A DNA stretch of 64,000 bases, from NCBI GenBank assembly GCA_043825615.1, contig JBDRRS010000013.1, positions 68,325-132,324 of the forward strand, given 5' to 3'. Within the stretch, counting starts at the first letter, position 1. Each line of letters starts with the position of its first letter. Of the stretch, positions 37,887 through 46,650 are shown piece by piece. The position numbers and the translations under genes are program-made. Under the pieces are notes generated by a model that was given only the letters and a program-made list of their open reading frames with translations, did no database searches and was not told where the DNA came from. Origin of the DNA: a bacterium (lineage in GTDB: Bacteria > CG03).

Positions 37887-38336
37887 TTAAACTTTATTAT
37901 TTTTTAAATAATCAGCGTCCAATTTATCTTTTTTTCTACCAGTGGATTGTTTATTTTTTATGAGGTTTTCTTTTGAAATAAATGGTATAGATAGGTTTTC
38001 AATTTCTATATTTTCTCTGGATTTGTACGCGTCTTGGAAATTTACTCCGTCAATATGTGTGATAATATCAATGCGCCGGGGTGCTACGCCAATTTGAAAA
38101 ATAATGCCTTTTTTGGTAAATGTATCTTTGGTTATCTCGGAAAGAGGAGCGCCAAATTCAGAAAGAGAGAGATATATTTTTTGGGAATTATTAGCAGATG
38201 CCTCTACCCATATATCAAAATCACCAGTTGCACGCGGATAACCGTATGCACCCATGGCATAAGCACCAACGGTGAGAAATTTCACTTCATTGTTCAATAA
38301 GATTTGTAACATTTCTTTGTAATCTTCGTTCAACAT
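37887..38336 (-). CDS. nucleotidyltransferase-fold protein (minimal NTase; TA/defence-like)
   Basis: 149 aa. 'VGAYAMGAYGYPRATGDFDIWV' is the G[SA]..G..-D.D pol-beta NTase motif. Overlaps the upstream small ORF by 50 nt. Confidence 0.5.
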   Translation of the reverse strand: MLNEDYKEMLQILLNNEVKFLTVGAYAMGAYGYPRATGDFDIWVEASANNSQKIYLSLSEFGAPLSEITKDTFTKKGIIFQIGVAPRRIDIITHIDGVNFQDAYKSRENIEIENLSIPFISKENLIKNKQSTGRKKDKLDADYLKNNKV

Positions 38337-38475
38337 AATTCACTCCTCTGAGCGACCAAATTTCCGCTGTAAGTTCCCACATAAAGGAGACAAGCTCCTT
38401 TGGGGACGCTTCTACAAAGGAATCGTCTTTTTTGGTAAGTTTCTTAAGATTTGCGATTTTTCTTCTTACTTTCAT
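38287..38475 (-). CDS. small ORF co-transcribed with the NTase (putative partner protein)
   Basis: 62 aa. Starts at 'ATGAAAG' 6 nt after a TATAAT, so likely leaderless. No family recognised. Confidence 0.35.
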   Translation of the reverse strand: MKVRRKIANLKKLTKKDDSFVEASPKELVSFMWELTAEIWSLRGVNYVERRLQRNVTNLIEQ

Positions 38476-38581
38476 ATTGATATTATACCATATTTTATCA
38501 ATTTTTCATTTATGTCTAACATTTTTATCATAATTTTCACACAGAAAGCCATAGTTTCAGAATTTTCAGGAATAAATCCAT

Positions 38582-38710
38582 CTGCTTCTTCTCCATAAGA
38601 CATATCTGGCCCTCCTGAAATTATTCCACGTGGAATAATTTGCCTTTTTTCCGACGACGCCGTTTTAAGGGGTACCCTTTTTGGCTGTTATTCCATGTAA
38701 GATTGCCCTC
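38582..38710. promoter_or_regulatory. conserved ~130-nt non-coding element, copy B (20-nt palindrome ATTATTCCACGTGGAATAAT at 38630..38649)
   Basis: ~85% identical to 281..410; the palindrome arms covary around a fixed CACGTG core. Lies upstream of the NTase cassette on the minus strand. Confidence 0.5.
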
Positions 38711-38835
38711 GAAAAAAGTACCTGTCCCCTCTTTATATTTTTATAAGACCATTCCGCAGTATAGTGCGGAATGGTCCGCACTATTCCGCATAGACGCGCG
38801 CAATTGTGCCAAAGACAACCGCACCCGGCCCCTTT

Positions 38836-39102
38836 TTACGAATAGTGCATAGCGTACTTGCTCAACAATTCGCGTATCATTTTTTGATACTTGGTATGAT
38901 ATTGCCTTGCCACACGCTTGAAAAAATTTACATCTGTTTCCTTCAGGTGGATGGTAACCTTCACGGTTTCTTCCGGCGCAACCAATTCATTAGGCGGGGG
39001 CAGAAAATCTTTAATCCTGGTTAGTTTTCCAAAAGCCCTATCCTTATCAACCGCTTTCTTTTTCATAGTACTCCGCCTCCTTTCTCCAATATCCGGCGCC
39101 AA
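38836..39102 (-). CDS. brnA: BrnA antitoxin (RHH/CopG-like)
   Basis: 88 aa. The C-terminal 'KVTIHLKETDVNFFKRVARQYHTKYQKMIRELLSKY' resembles BrnA. Overlaps brnT. Confidence 0.65.
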   Translation of the reverse strand: MAPDIGERRRSTMKKKAVDKDRAFGKLTRIKDFLPPPNELVAPEETVKVTIHLKETDVNFFKRVARQYHTKYQKMIRELLSKYAMHYS

Positions 39103-39358
39103 ATATCCTGATTTTACCGCGCCGGCAAGTAAATCTAACTGTTAAAATTTTACCTTGGACTTTACCAATGCAGAAAAACCTTTTCTCTTTTTTGCTGTGC
39201 TTTTCATCTATGTAAATCTTCCTTTCTGTATCCTTAAATACCCTGGTGGCCATAGAAAAATCAACGCCGTGCTTGCGAACATTGCTTATCTCTTTTTCAT
39301 TATTCCATATAAAACTGCCAAATTTTTTATCCATACTTTTGTCAGTATAATTATACAT
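39047..39358 (-). CDS. brnT: BrnT toxin (DUF497 ribonuclease)
   Basis: 103 aa. 'FIWNNEKEISNVRKHGVDFSMATRVFKD' is the BrnT N-terminal signature. Confidence 0.7.
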   Translation of the reverse strand: MYNYTDKSMDKKFGSFIWNNEKEISNVRKHGVDFSMATRVFKDTERKIYIDEKHSKKEKRFFCIGKVQGKILTVRFTCRRGKIRIFGAGYWRKEAEYYEKESG

Positions 39359-39586
39359 AAATAATTTGAAATATCAAGGGTTTCTCCCTCCAAGGTATAA
39401 AGCTTTTTGGCAGTTAAAATATTGTTACAGGTTTCAACAAAAAGAGTAAAATACCTTTCCCAAAAAATATGTCACGAAAGCATTCTGTCCGCCGTAGCTT
39501 CAGCGAAGGAGGGTCATCCCCTGGCACCATCACTGCCAATAAATATAAAAACAGGCTAAAATATATAATGCAGACAGAACTTACCT

Positions 39587-40453
39587 GTGAATTGTATACA
39601 GGAGGTATTAAAAATGAATGTAAAAGAAACGGTAGAGAAATTTCTGAACTATGAAAGGGAGCAATCGGTAGCACACACAGTAGCAAATTACAAAAGTATT
39701 CTTTTTCCTTTCTTGAATTTTTTTGAGGAAAAAGACGTTGAGAACCTTACTCCTGAAGATGTCTTCTCTTTTCTAAGCCAACGCACGGATAAGTGCAATA
39801 AGACAACTAAGCATGTAAGATTTACTCAACTTAAAGCGTTCTTCAACTTTTGTAAAGGTGGTCTTGGGTTGAGTATTGTGAATCCCTGTAGCAGTTCACT
39901 TTTTGCTATGGCGTATAGATCACCCAAACTAACTCTGTGCGAGACTATTGCAAAAGAAGTGATTGATGAGCTTATCTTCAGAACTGTGAAATTGAGGAAC
40001 AGACTTCTTTTAGAAATCCAGGCAAGAAGTGGATTGCGGGTTGGTGAAGTTTTAAAACTTAGACCAAGAGACATTGAGGGGAGGAAAATCACTCTGATTT
40101 CACCAAAAAGTGGGCGTGAATTTGAGACTGCATTCTTGCCCAAAGGTGTTAGTGAAAGATTGAATACATATGTTGAGGAAGAAAAGATACAACCAGATGT
40201 GAGAATCTTTCCTTTTACTTATTCCTGCGCAAGGAGTATTGTGCGAAAGGCCGGGGAACTTGTTGGGATTCACCTAAGACCACACGATTTAAGAAGACAC
40301 TCCGCAACTTATGCGAGTAGGAATGGAGTCCCTCTCGAAGTTGTCTCAAAAGTAATCCTCCGTCATCAAGATTTAAGAACCAGTCAGCTTTATCTTGGTA
40401 AAGTCAGTGATGATGAAGCACTCCATTGGATTGATACTTTACATAGTGTCTAA
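39587..40453 (+). CDS. tyrosine site-specific recombinase / integrase (XerD-like)
   Basis: N-terminal SAM-like domain, then the catalytic residues R ('LRVGEV'), H-x-x-R ('HDLRRH') and Y ('SQLYLG'). An alternative start is at 39614. Confidence 0.8.
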   Translation: MNCIQEVLKMNVKETVEKFLNYEREQSVAHTVANYKSILFPFLNFFEEKDVENLTPEDVFSFLSQRTDKCNKTTKHVRFTQLKAFFNFCKGGLGLSIVNPCSSSLFAMAYRSPKLTLCETIAKEVIDELIFRTVKLRNRLLLEIQARSGLRVGEVLKLRPRDIEGRKITLISPKSGREFETAFLPKGVSERLNTYVEEEKIQPDVRIFPFTYSCARSIVRKAGELVGIHLRPHDLRRHSATYASRNGVPLEVVSKVILRHQDLRTSQLYLGKVSDDEALHWIDTLHSV

Positions 40454-40566
40454 TTCTCGGTAACAAATAGCACAATATCTATTATGATCCGGGCACCGCC
40501 TATCTATATCTATTGGCCTGTATTCTCCAAGTTAACGGGTAATGAAAAATCAAGGACGTCATGTTT

Positions 40567-40941
40567 TTACATTTGTGTTAGTTTATCAAGAACAGTTATA
40601 AGTTCGCTGAGTTCAAAAGGTTTGTGCAGATAATCAACAGCGCCTAATTTCATAGCAGTTTCTCTTTTATCTTCATCAATAAGTCCTGTCATCATTATTG
40701 CTACGATGTCCGGCTTGATTTCTTTGAGAGCTTTCAATGTGTCAAGGCCATCCATTTCAGGCATCAAAATATCAGTAAAAACAACATCAAAATTTTCTTC
40801 CTTTAGTTTTTTGATTGCTTCTTTACCACTTTTGACAATACTAACCTGATATTTTCCCTTATACATTCGTTCAAATATTGTCTTGAATAACGACCTTATT
40901 GTTTCTTCGTCGTCAACTACTAATATTTTTTTAATTTCCAT
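40567..40941 (-). CDS. stand-alone response-regulator receiver domain (CheY-like)
   Basis: 124 aa. 'ILVVDDEE' with the phospho-acceptor Asp in 'DVVFTDILMPEMDG'; conserved K in 'KPF'. Confidence 0.8.
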   Translation of the reverse strand: MEIKKILVVDDEETIRSLFKTIFERMYKGKYQVSIVKSGKEAIKKLKEENFDVVFTDILMPEMDGLDTLKALKEIKPDIVAIMMTGLIDEDKRETAMKLGAVDYLHKPFELSELITVLDKLTQM

Positions 40942-43030
40942 TGTCTTTTGCAGGTAATATTATAGTGAAAGTTGTGCCTTTTCCTTCTTCACTCTGGACA
41001 TCAATTGTACCCTTATGTTTTTCTATAATTCCATAACTCACTGACAAACCTAATCCGGTGCCTTTGCCTACAGGCTTTGTGGTTACAAAAGGATCAAATA
41101 TCTTGGCAATCATCTCTTTGGGGATACCACTGCCGGTATCTTTAAATTGAACCTCAACCACTTTGTCTCCTTTACAAAATGGATCAGTTCTTCGCTTTAA
41201 TTCTTCTTTTACTGTATAAGAAGTGGTACTGATAAATAATCTACCTCCATCTGACATAGCATCACAAGCATTGTTTAAGATATTGATAAACACTTGCTGT
41301 AACTGTGGAGCATTTGCCATTGTGGAAGGGATATCCGGAGCAAGATTTTTTATGATTTTAATATTTGCAAGTTCCACCTGGTGACTAATCAGAATTAAGG
41401 TGTCTTCAACTACCTTATTTATATTCGCAGGGTGAAAAGCAAACGCTTCCTGCCGCGAAAATTTTAGAAGATTTGCCACAATTGCCTTACATCTTCTTGC
41501 TGCCTGAAGAATTGACTCTATGTTTTCTCGGTTGGGATCATCTTCAGGCAGGATAGTTGACAATAATGAGGATACCCCAAGAATTCCTCCCAGAGGATTA
41601 TTCAGTTCATGAGCAACGCCGCCGGCCATTATTCCGAGTGAGGACATCTTCTCTGCCTGTACCAATTGCGCCTGAGTGGTTTTTAAGTCATCATATGCAT
41701 TTCTTAACTCTGTGGTTCGCTCCTCAACTCTTTTCTCAAGTTCGGCTCTCGCCTCTTCTAAGGCCATGGTTCTAGCCTCACCTGCTGCTGCTGCTGCTGC
41801 TGCTGCTGCAAATTCCTTTTCCTTTTGCTGTAATTTCAGTATTTCCCGCATATCTTTGGCTACACCAACAATACCTACTAAATTGCCCTCTTTATCTTTC
41901 ATCACCGACCCGGAAAAACTCACCGGGATATTTTCTCCATTTTTTGTCCTGTATGCCATATCATAATCACGCACCGAACCTTCCTTTAATAACTTTTCCC
42001 ACCTCGTGCCTTTGAACAGCGTATCTTCTTCTTCTTCTTCTTCTTCTTCTTCTTCTGCAAAAAGTATTCCCACAGGCTGACCGATTAGTTCTTTTTCCTC
42101 ATATCCTAAAAGTTCACCCGTTACTCTGTTAATTGTTCTTATGGTCGCATCAGGGTTTACAACAATTAAGGTATCAATCATTGATTTGATTATATTATCC
42201 GTATAATCTCTGGCTCCGATTAATTCATTTTTGGACTTACTTAAATCTTCAATCATTTGTCTGAAACTTGCTGCCAGGTCACCAATCTCATCATTTGACT
42301 TAATATCTGTTTTGATATCTAATTTGCCCTTTCCTACTTCTATTGCTGCAATCTGTAATCTCAAGATTGGGTACACTATTGCCCGGGAGACTACAAATAA
42401 TACAATTGCACTTACCAAGATAGAGAATACGAATAAAATCCAGAGAAAAGTTATGGTTACATCATAGTTTCTATCGCTGTCCTTTTTTGCTTTGGTCAGT
42501 TCGCTATCATTTCTGACGACTATCTTAGTCATTTCAGCATATAATTTCTCAAAGGAAACCCTTCCCTGTCCTTTAGAAAGTTCACTTGCCTTGATATAAC
42601 TGCCCTCACGGCTAAGTCTTTGCACTTCTATATCGATTTTCTTCCAGTAATCATAAAGTTCTCTAAAGTTAGCGATACCCTCTTTCCCTTCAGGAGTAAT
42701 GATCTTTTCTAACTTACTAAGTTTCTTATTCATCTCGGATTCGTATTCTTTGATGTTCGCCGTGAATTGATCCATTTCTTCGACTTTATGTTCCAATATT
42801 AATTGTTTCTCTGCGCGGTGTATCTTTATGATATCCTGCTGAATCTGGGCACTCAATAACTGCCTGGGGGAGACAATATCCACAATATTATTCAACTTCG
42901 TATTTATCATACCCATGCGCTGAATCCCTACTGAAGTATCTATAAGCAGAATCAGAATTACTATACTAAAGGCAAGTCCTAACTTTGATTTTATACTGAA
43001 CCTATTTTTTCTTAAGCTTTGAGATTTCAT
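40931..43030 (-). CDS. sensor histidine kinase (TM-sensor, HAMP, PAS, HisKA, HATPase_c) with poly-Glu and poly-Ala tracts
   Basis: 699 aa. H-box 'GGVAHELNNPL'; N/G1/G2 boxes 'NILNNACDAM', 'DTGSGI', 'GKGTGLGL'. Contains E10 and A9 tracts. Confidence 0.85.
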   Translation of the reverse strand: MKSQSLRKNRFSIKSKLGLAFSIVILILLIDTSVGIQRMGMINTKLNNIVDIVSPRQLLSAQIQQDIIKIHRAEKQLILEHKVEEMDQFTANIKEYESEMNKKLSKLEKIITPEGKEGIANFRELYDYWKKIDIEVQRLSREGSYIKASELSKGQGRVSFEKLYAEMTKIVVRNDSELTKAKKDSDRNYDVTITFLWILFVFSILVSAIVLFVVSRAIVYPILRLQIAAIEVGKGKLDIKTDIKSNDEIGDLAASFRQMIEDLSKSKNELIGARDYTDNIIKSMIDTLIVVNPDATIRTINRVTGELLGYEEKELIGQPVGILFAEEEEEEEEEEDTLFKGTRWEKLLKEGSVRDYDMAYRTKNGENIPVSFSGSVMKDKEGNLVGIVGVAKDMREILKLQQKEKEFAAAAAAAAAGEARTMALEEARAELEKRVEERTTELRNAYDDLKTTQAQLVQAEKMSSLGIMAGGVAHELNNPLGGILGVSSLLSTILPEDDPNRENIESILQAARRCKAIVANLLKFSRQEAFAFHPANINKVVEDTLILISHQVELANIKIIKNLAPDIPSTMANAPQLQQVFINILNNACDAMSDGGRLFISTTSYTVKEELKRRTDPFCKGDKVVEVQFKDTGSGIPKEMIAKIFDPFVTTKPVGKGTGLGLSVSYGIIEKHKGTIDVQSEEGKGTTFTIILPAKDNGN
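41783..41809. repeat. (TGC)9 in-frame trinucleotide repeat (poly-Ala in the kinase)
   Basis: Perfect triplet repeat inside the kinase CDS. Confidence 0.9.
42024..42053. repeat. (CTT)10 in-frame trinucleotide repeat (poly-Glu in the kinase)
   Basis: Perfect triplet repeat inside the kinase CDS. Confidence 0.9.
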
Positions 43031-43201
43031 CTCTTATTCCCCATTTAAGAGAAGGTTCTGCCAAGAATGTTTTAATCTATTCCTGATCTCTTTAAATGGA
43101 CATCTATCAAAAAACGATGGAGAATAACTTCTAAAAAGCATCATCATCTCAACATATGAGACGATAGCTTTGTAGAATACTGCGAAATAAATATGAACTA
43201 G

Positions 43202-43234
<33 letters not shown>

Positions 43235-43289
43235 CAAAATTATTTCCATATCAGTGTTATTTTACAAAAAATGAATGATTTATCAAACT

Positions 43290-44537
43290 TCATGGGCTTA
43301 CCTTGTTGCATTTTGGCGGGGCGCCAAAAGTTGAGCAGAATAATTTATATAATCTTTTTTCTTCTTTCTTCCAATCTTTATGAAAAACAATATATCTGAA
43401 AAGACATCTGTTATCTTTGAGAATTTCCCTTATCTTTCCATTTTTGCCTTTTGCTCTTGAATGTTCTTTTAATCTTTTTCTTAAATTCTGGGCGCTGCCA
43501 ATATAGAAAACTCCTGTTTTGTCATTCTCATATTCTATTTCCTTATTTGCCGAATGGAGCTCATAAACTCCCGAATTTTCTACCGCATTACTATCAATTG
43601 AGGAAAATGTAAGCGGATATGGGCAAGAGAAATTTTCTCCAAATGGTGGATAGGTGTAGTTATGTACTCTTTTCCGGGAAGATGGAATCCCTAATTCTTT
43701 CCTGTAAAAACCTATTGAACGTTTAGAAACCGAAATACCGTAAGCAACTTTTAATTTGTCTTTTAACTCTCCATCGCTATAAGTTTTTAATATTTTTCCC
43801 GATTTTAAATCCTGTCTCTCTCCATTAAGAATCTCTTTAACAAATCTTTTCACTGTCTCTTTTCTTTTATGAAAGAAAAATTTTAGAGGGAGTTCTTTAC
43901 CCTGAGGAGTAATAAGCGATTTACCTTTAGCAATCCTTGAAATCCAGCCCTCACTAATTTTTAATGGAGCAGACCCTGTTAGAATCGAGAAGTTGTTCGC
44001 CTTTAACGGGGTAAATGAACTAATCTGTATAGATAAATCTCTCAGGGTCAAGGGTTTTAACTCAAAATCATCTGCTGTGAGAAAGTAATCCTTTTGTAAT
44101 GCTGTTATTCCATTGAGTATCCGGTGCGTAAACTCATTTCTGGTATTAATATGTCTCAGTTTCCAAAGCAGGAGGTGAATTTGGTAATTTTCCTGGTCGG
44201 TTGATCTGTTATCTAAGATAAATAATCTTTCGCTATCTATCATGTATTTCTTAGCAAACCCGGCCCGGGGATATCTGATAGAAAAAGAACCCTGGTCATT
44301 AGTTATTTCAGCTAAAACATTGTTAGATCTAACTTCTGCCGTCTTTTTTGACTCTAAAGCAGCTACTTCTTTTACAGTTATAATATTATTTTCCATAAGT
44401 CTACAAAAAAGAGGGCAACTTTCTACTGTTTCAATATACTTCTCAAATCTATCAAGCGATAGTTCCAAGAAATTGGAAAGAATGATTTTTCCAATAAGCT
44501 TTGCCTGTTTAGGGGACCATCTTTTTCCAATTCGCAC
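43290..44537 (-). CDS. sigma-54 (RpoN) DNA-binding-domain-like module fused to a C-terminal GIY-YIG nuclease domain
   Basis: 415 aa. Residues ~150-312 carry 'LKPLTLRDLS', 'LPLKFFFH' and an RpoN-box-like 'ISVSKRSIGFYRKELGIPSSRKR'. Residues ~318-415 carry 'GVYEL' and 'VFYIGSAQNLRKRLKEH'. No region I and no core-binding domain. AT-rich. Confidence 0.6.
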   Translation of the reverse strand: MRIGKRWSPKQAKLIGKIILSNFLELSLDRFEKYIETVESCPLFCRLMENNIITVKEVAALESKKTAEVRSNNVLAEITNDQGSFSIRYPRAGFAKKYMIDSERLFILDNRSTDQENYQIHLLLWKLRHINTRNEFTHRILNGITALQKDYFLTADDFELKPLTLRDLSIQISSFTPLKANNFSILTGSAPLKISEGWISRIAKGKSLITPQGKELPLKFFFHKRKETVKRFVKEILNGERQDLKSGKILKTYSDGELKDKLKVAYGISVSKRSIGFYRKELGIPSSRKRVHNYTYPPFGENFSCPYPLTFSSIDSNAVENSGVYELHSANKEIEYENDKTGVFYIGSAQNLRKRLKEHSRAKGKNGKIREILKDNRCLFRYIVFHKDWKKEEKRLYKLFCSTFGAPPKCNKVSP

Positions 44538-44671
44538 ATTGTCTTAGTTTCTTAATTCAACAAAATATGGCCTGGTTCCAACAGACACTCTTTAACATAC
44601 CATATTTCTGTTGAAAGCTGTAAGTATAATTTGGTTTTTTGGGACACTCTACTTACAATTAGATGGTTTTT

Positions 44672-45037
44672 TTATTTTTGGTCGGAGGGTTTTTGGTCTT
44701 CCTGTTTGGTGTCTTCTTTTTTCTCTTCTGCGGGAGATTCTTTTTTTTCGGAGGCGGGTTTTTCAGCGGGTTTGTCTTTTTTCTCCGTTTCTTCTTTTTC
44801 CTGTTCGGAAACGTAGTTGAGCTGCGCCTCGGCGAGCATATTGCCGAGCAGTTTTTCCTCTTCCTTATCCAGATTTCCCTCCGTTTTTCTTTTGAGCATT
44901 TCCAGAATGTCAATTGCCGCCTTCGCCTGCGGGAGATTTCTCTCTACCTTACCGGCGGCGGGGTTTGAGACCTTGCCGAGATTAATCATCACGGAACTCT
45001 GCATCATCAGAACAATCGTAAAAAATTCAGTATCCAT
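44672..45037 (-). CDS. DUF1844-like small protein with K/E-rich acidic tail
   Basis: 121 aa. The 'NLGKVSNPAAGKVERNLPQAKAAIDILEMLKRKTEGNL' core is as recalled for DUF1844. Family name from memory only. Confidence 0.45.
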   Translation of the reverse strand: MDTEFFTIVLMMQSSVMINLGKVSNPAAGKVERNLPQAKAAIDILEMLKRKTEGNLDKEEEKLLGNMLAEAQLNYVSEQEKEETEKKDKPAEKPASEKKESPAEEKKEDTKQEDQKPSDQK

Positions 45038-45174
45038 TTAATCCTCCGTTTTCAAAAATCTTTCCTTGCTTTCATTTGCGAGCAAGCTCGCACGCTACAA
45101 GTGTTTTCGTCGGATAAATCCGACCGCTACAAATCCCCCTCTGGCCCCCTTTTTCAAAGGGGGTTAAGGAAATT

Positions 45175-46650
45175 TTATTCCCCGAATTTTTCCACATAGC
45201 TGTCAATGCGTTTCAGGATTGTTTCCTGCCCGAGGAACTCGCACATTTCAAAAAGGGAAGGCCCGCGGCTGCGGCCGGAGACGGCCCAGCGAAGAGGATG
45301 AAAAACGTCTCTGGTTTTCAGACCTTCCTCTTTCGCAAACTGCCTAACGCGCTGCTCGATTCCGGACGCTTTAAAATCTTTGATTTCTACGAGGGCCCCG
45401 CGGAGTTTCGCAAGAACCGGACAGGTTCCGGGCGCTTTTTCCGCAACTTCTTCTTCATATTCAAACTCATCCCTGACCAGGAAACCTATTAACCCCGGTA
45501 TATCCGTCAGTTTTTTTATTTTCTCCTTTTCAAGCGAGATTGCAGACGTGATTTTTTCCTCCGGGTAAACATCAAGACCCGCTTCCTTCAGGAACCTGAA
45601 ACTTCTCCTGTAAATGTCCTGCGGAGCAAGATTTTTTATGTGCTGCGCATTCAGCCAGAACAATTTATTGTTGTCAAAAATCGCTGAAGAGGAAGTGCAT
45701 CTTGAAAGGGAGAATTTTGAAATAAGTTCTTCTCTCGTAAAAATGTTCTGGCTTTCAGCCGTTCCCCATCCAAGGAGCGCAAGGTAATTCACCATTGCCT
45801 CGCGGATAATACCCTCTTCCTCGTATTCAAGCAGTGAACGCGCCCCTGACCTTTTGGAAAGGCGGGACCCGTCGGTATCGAGAATCATCGTAAGATGCGC
45901 AAAATTCGGTTTCTCCCATCCCAGCGCCTCGTAAAGAAGAACCTGCTTCGGCGTGTTTGAAATGTGGTCTTCGCCTCTTATGACATCCGTTATTTTCATC
46001 AGGTGGTCGTCAGCGACGCAGGCAAAATTATATGTAGGCGTGCCGTTTGACCTCATAATAATAAAATCGGTGACGGCATCCGGCATAACCGAAATTTCAC
46101 CGCGGATTTTATCGTTAAATGTTATTTTTTTTTCGCCCGGCACCTTAAACCTTATAACCGGTTTGCGGCCTTTGGCTTGGAACTCTGCCCGCTCTTTTCG
46201 CGTGAGATTCCGGCAGAAACCGTCATAACCAAGCGGACCTCCGGACTCCTTTTTCTTTTTTCTTCTTTCTTCAAGTTCCTCCGGCGCGCAGAAGCAAAAA
46301 TATGCATTCTCTTCCTCAAGCATTCTGTCGGCAAATTTCTGGTAAAAATTTTTTCTGAGCGTTTGAAAATACGGACCGGCCGGACCCATTGACGTCATTT
46401 CCTCGACACCTTCGGCATTCCGGGCGATAAAAGGCCCCTCGTCCCAGGTAATTCCCATATATTTCAGGCCGTTTATTATTGATTTGATTGAAGAGAGCGT
46501 CGAACGGATTTCATCGGTGTCCTCGATTCTCAGGATAAATTTACCGTTGCTGCCTCTGGCGTAAAGCCAGTTGTAAAGCGCAGTTCTTGCGCTTCCTATA
46601 TGAAAATAACCCGTCGGGGACGGCGCAAAACGGACCCTGACTCCGCTCAC
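45175..46650 (-). CDS. gltX: glutamate--tRNA ligase
   Basis: 'VRFAPSPTGYFHIGSARTALYNWLYAR' (HIGH-class motif) and a 'LSKR' KMSKS-like motif. 491 aa. Confidence 0.9.
   Translation of the reverse strand: MSGVRVRFAPSPTGYFHIGSARTALYNWLYARGSNGKFILRIEDTDEIRSTLSSIKSIINGLKYMGITWDEGPFIARNAEGVEEMTSMGPAGPYFQTLRKNFYQKFADRMLEEENAYFCFCAPEELEERRKKKKESGGPLGYDGFCRNLTRKERAEFQAKGRKPVIRFKVPGEKKITFNDKIRGEISVMPDAVTDFIIMRSNGTPTYNFACVADDHLMKITDVIRGEDHISNTPKQVLLYEALGWEKPNFAHLTMILDTDGSRLSKRSGARSLLEYEEEGIIREAMVNYLALLGWGTAESQNIFTREELISKFSLSRCTSSSAIFDNNKLFWLNAQHIKNLAPQDIYRRSFRFLKEAGLDVYPEEKITSAISLEKEKIKKLTDIPGLIGFLVRDEFEYEEEVAEKAPGTCPVLAKLRGALVEIKDFKASGIEQRVRQFAKEEGLKTRDVFHPLRWAVSGRSRGPSLFEMCEFLGQETILKRIDSYVEKFGE

Noticed and set aside
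39587-40453. Integron integrase (IntI) interpretation of the tyrosine recombinase
   Set aside because: At 288 aa the protein is shorter than IntI and shows no sign of the IntI-specific insertion. It looks like a generic XerD/phage-type integrase. The cassette-like elements nearby are noted, but an integron call is not supported.
44611-44968. Poly-Phe/Gly ORFs opposite the DUF1844 gene tail
   Set aside because: They are reverse-complement shadows of the K/E-rich acidic tail codons.
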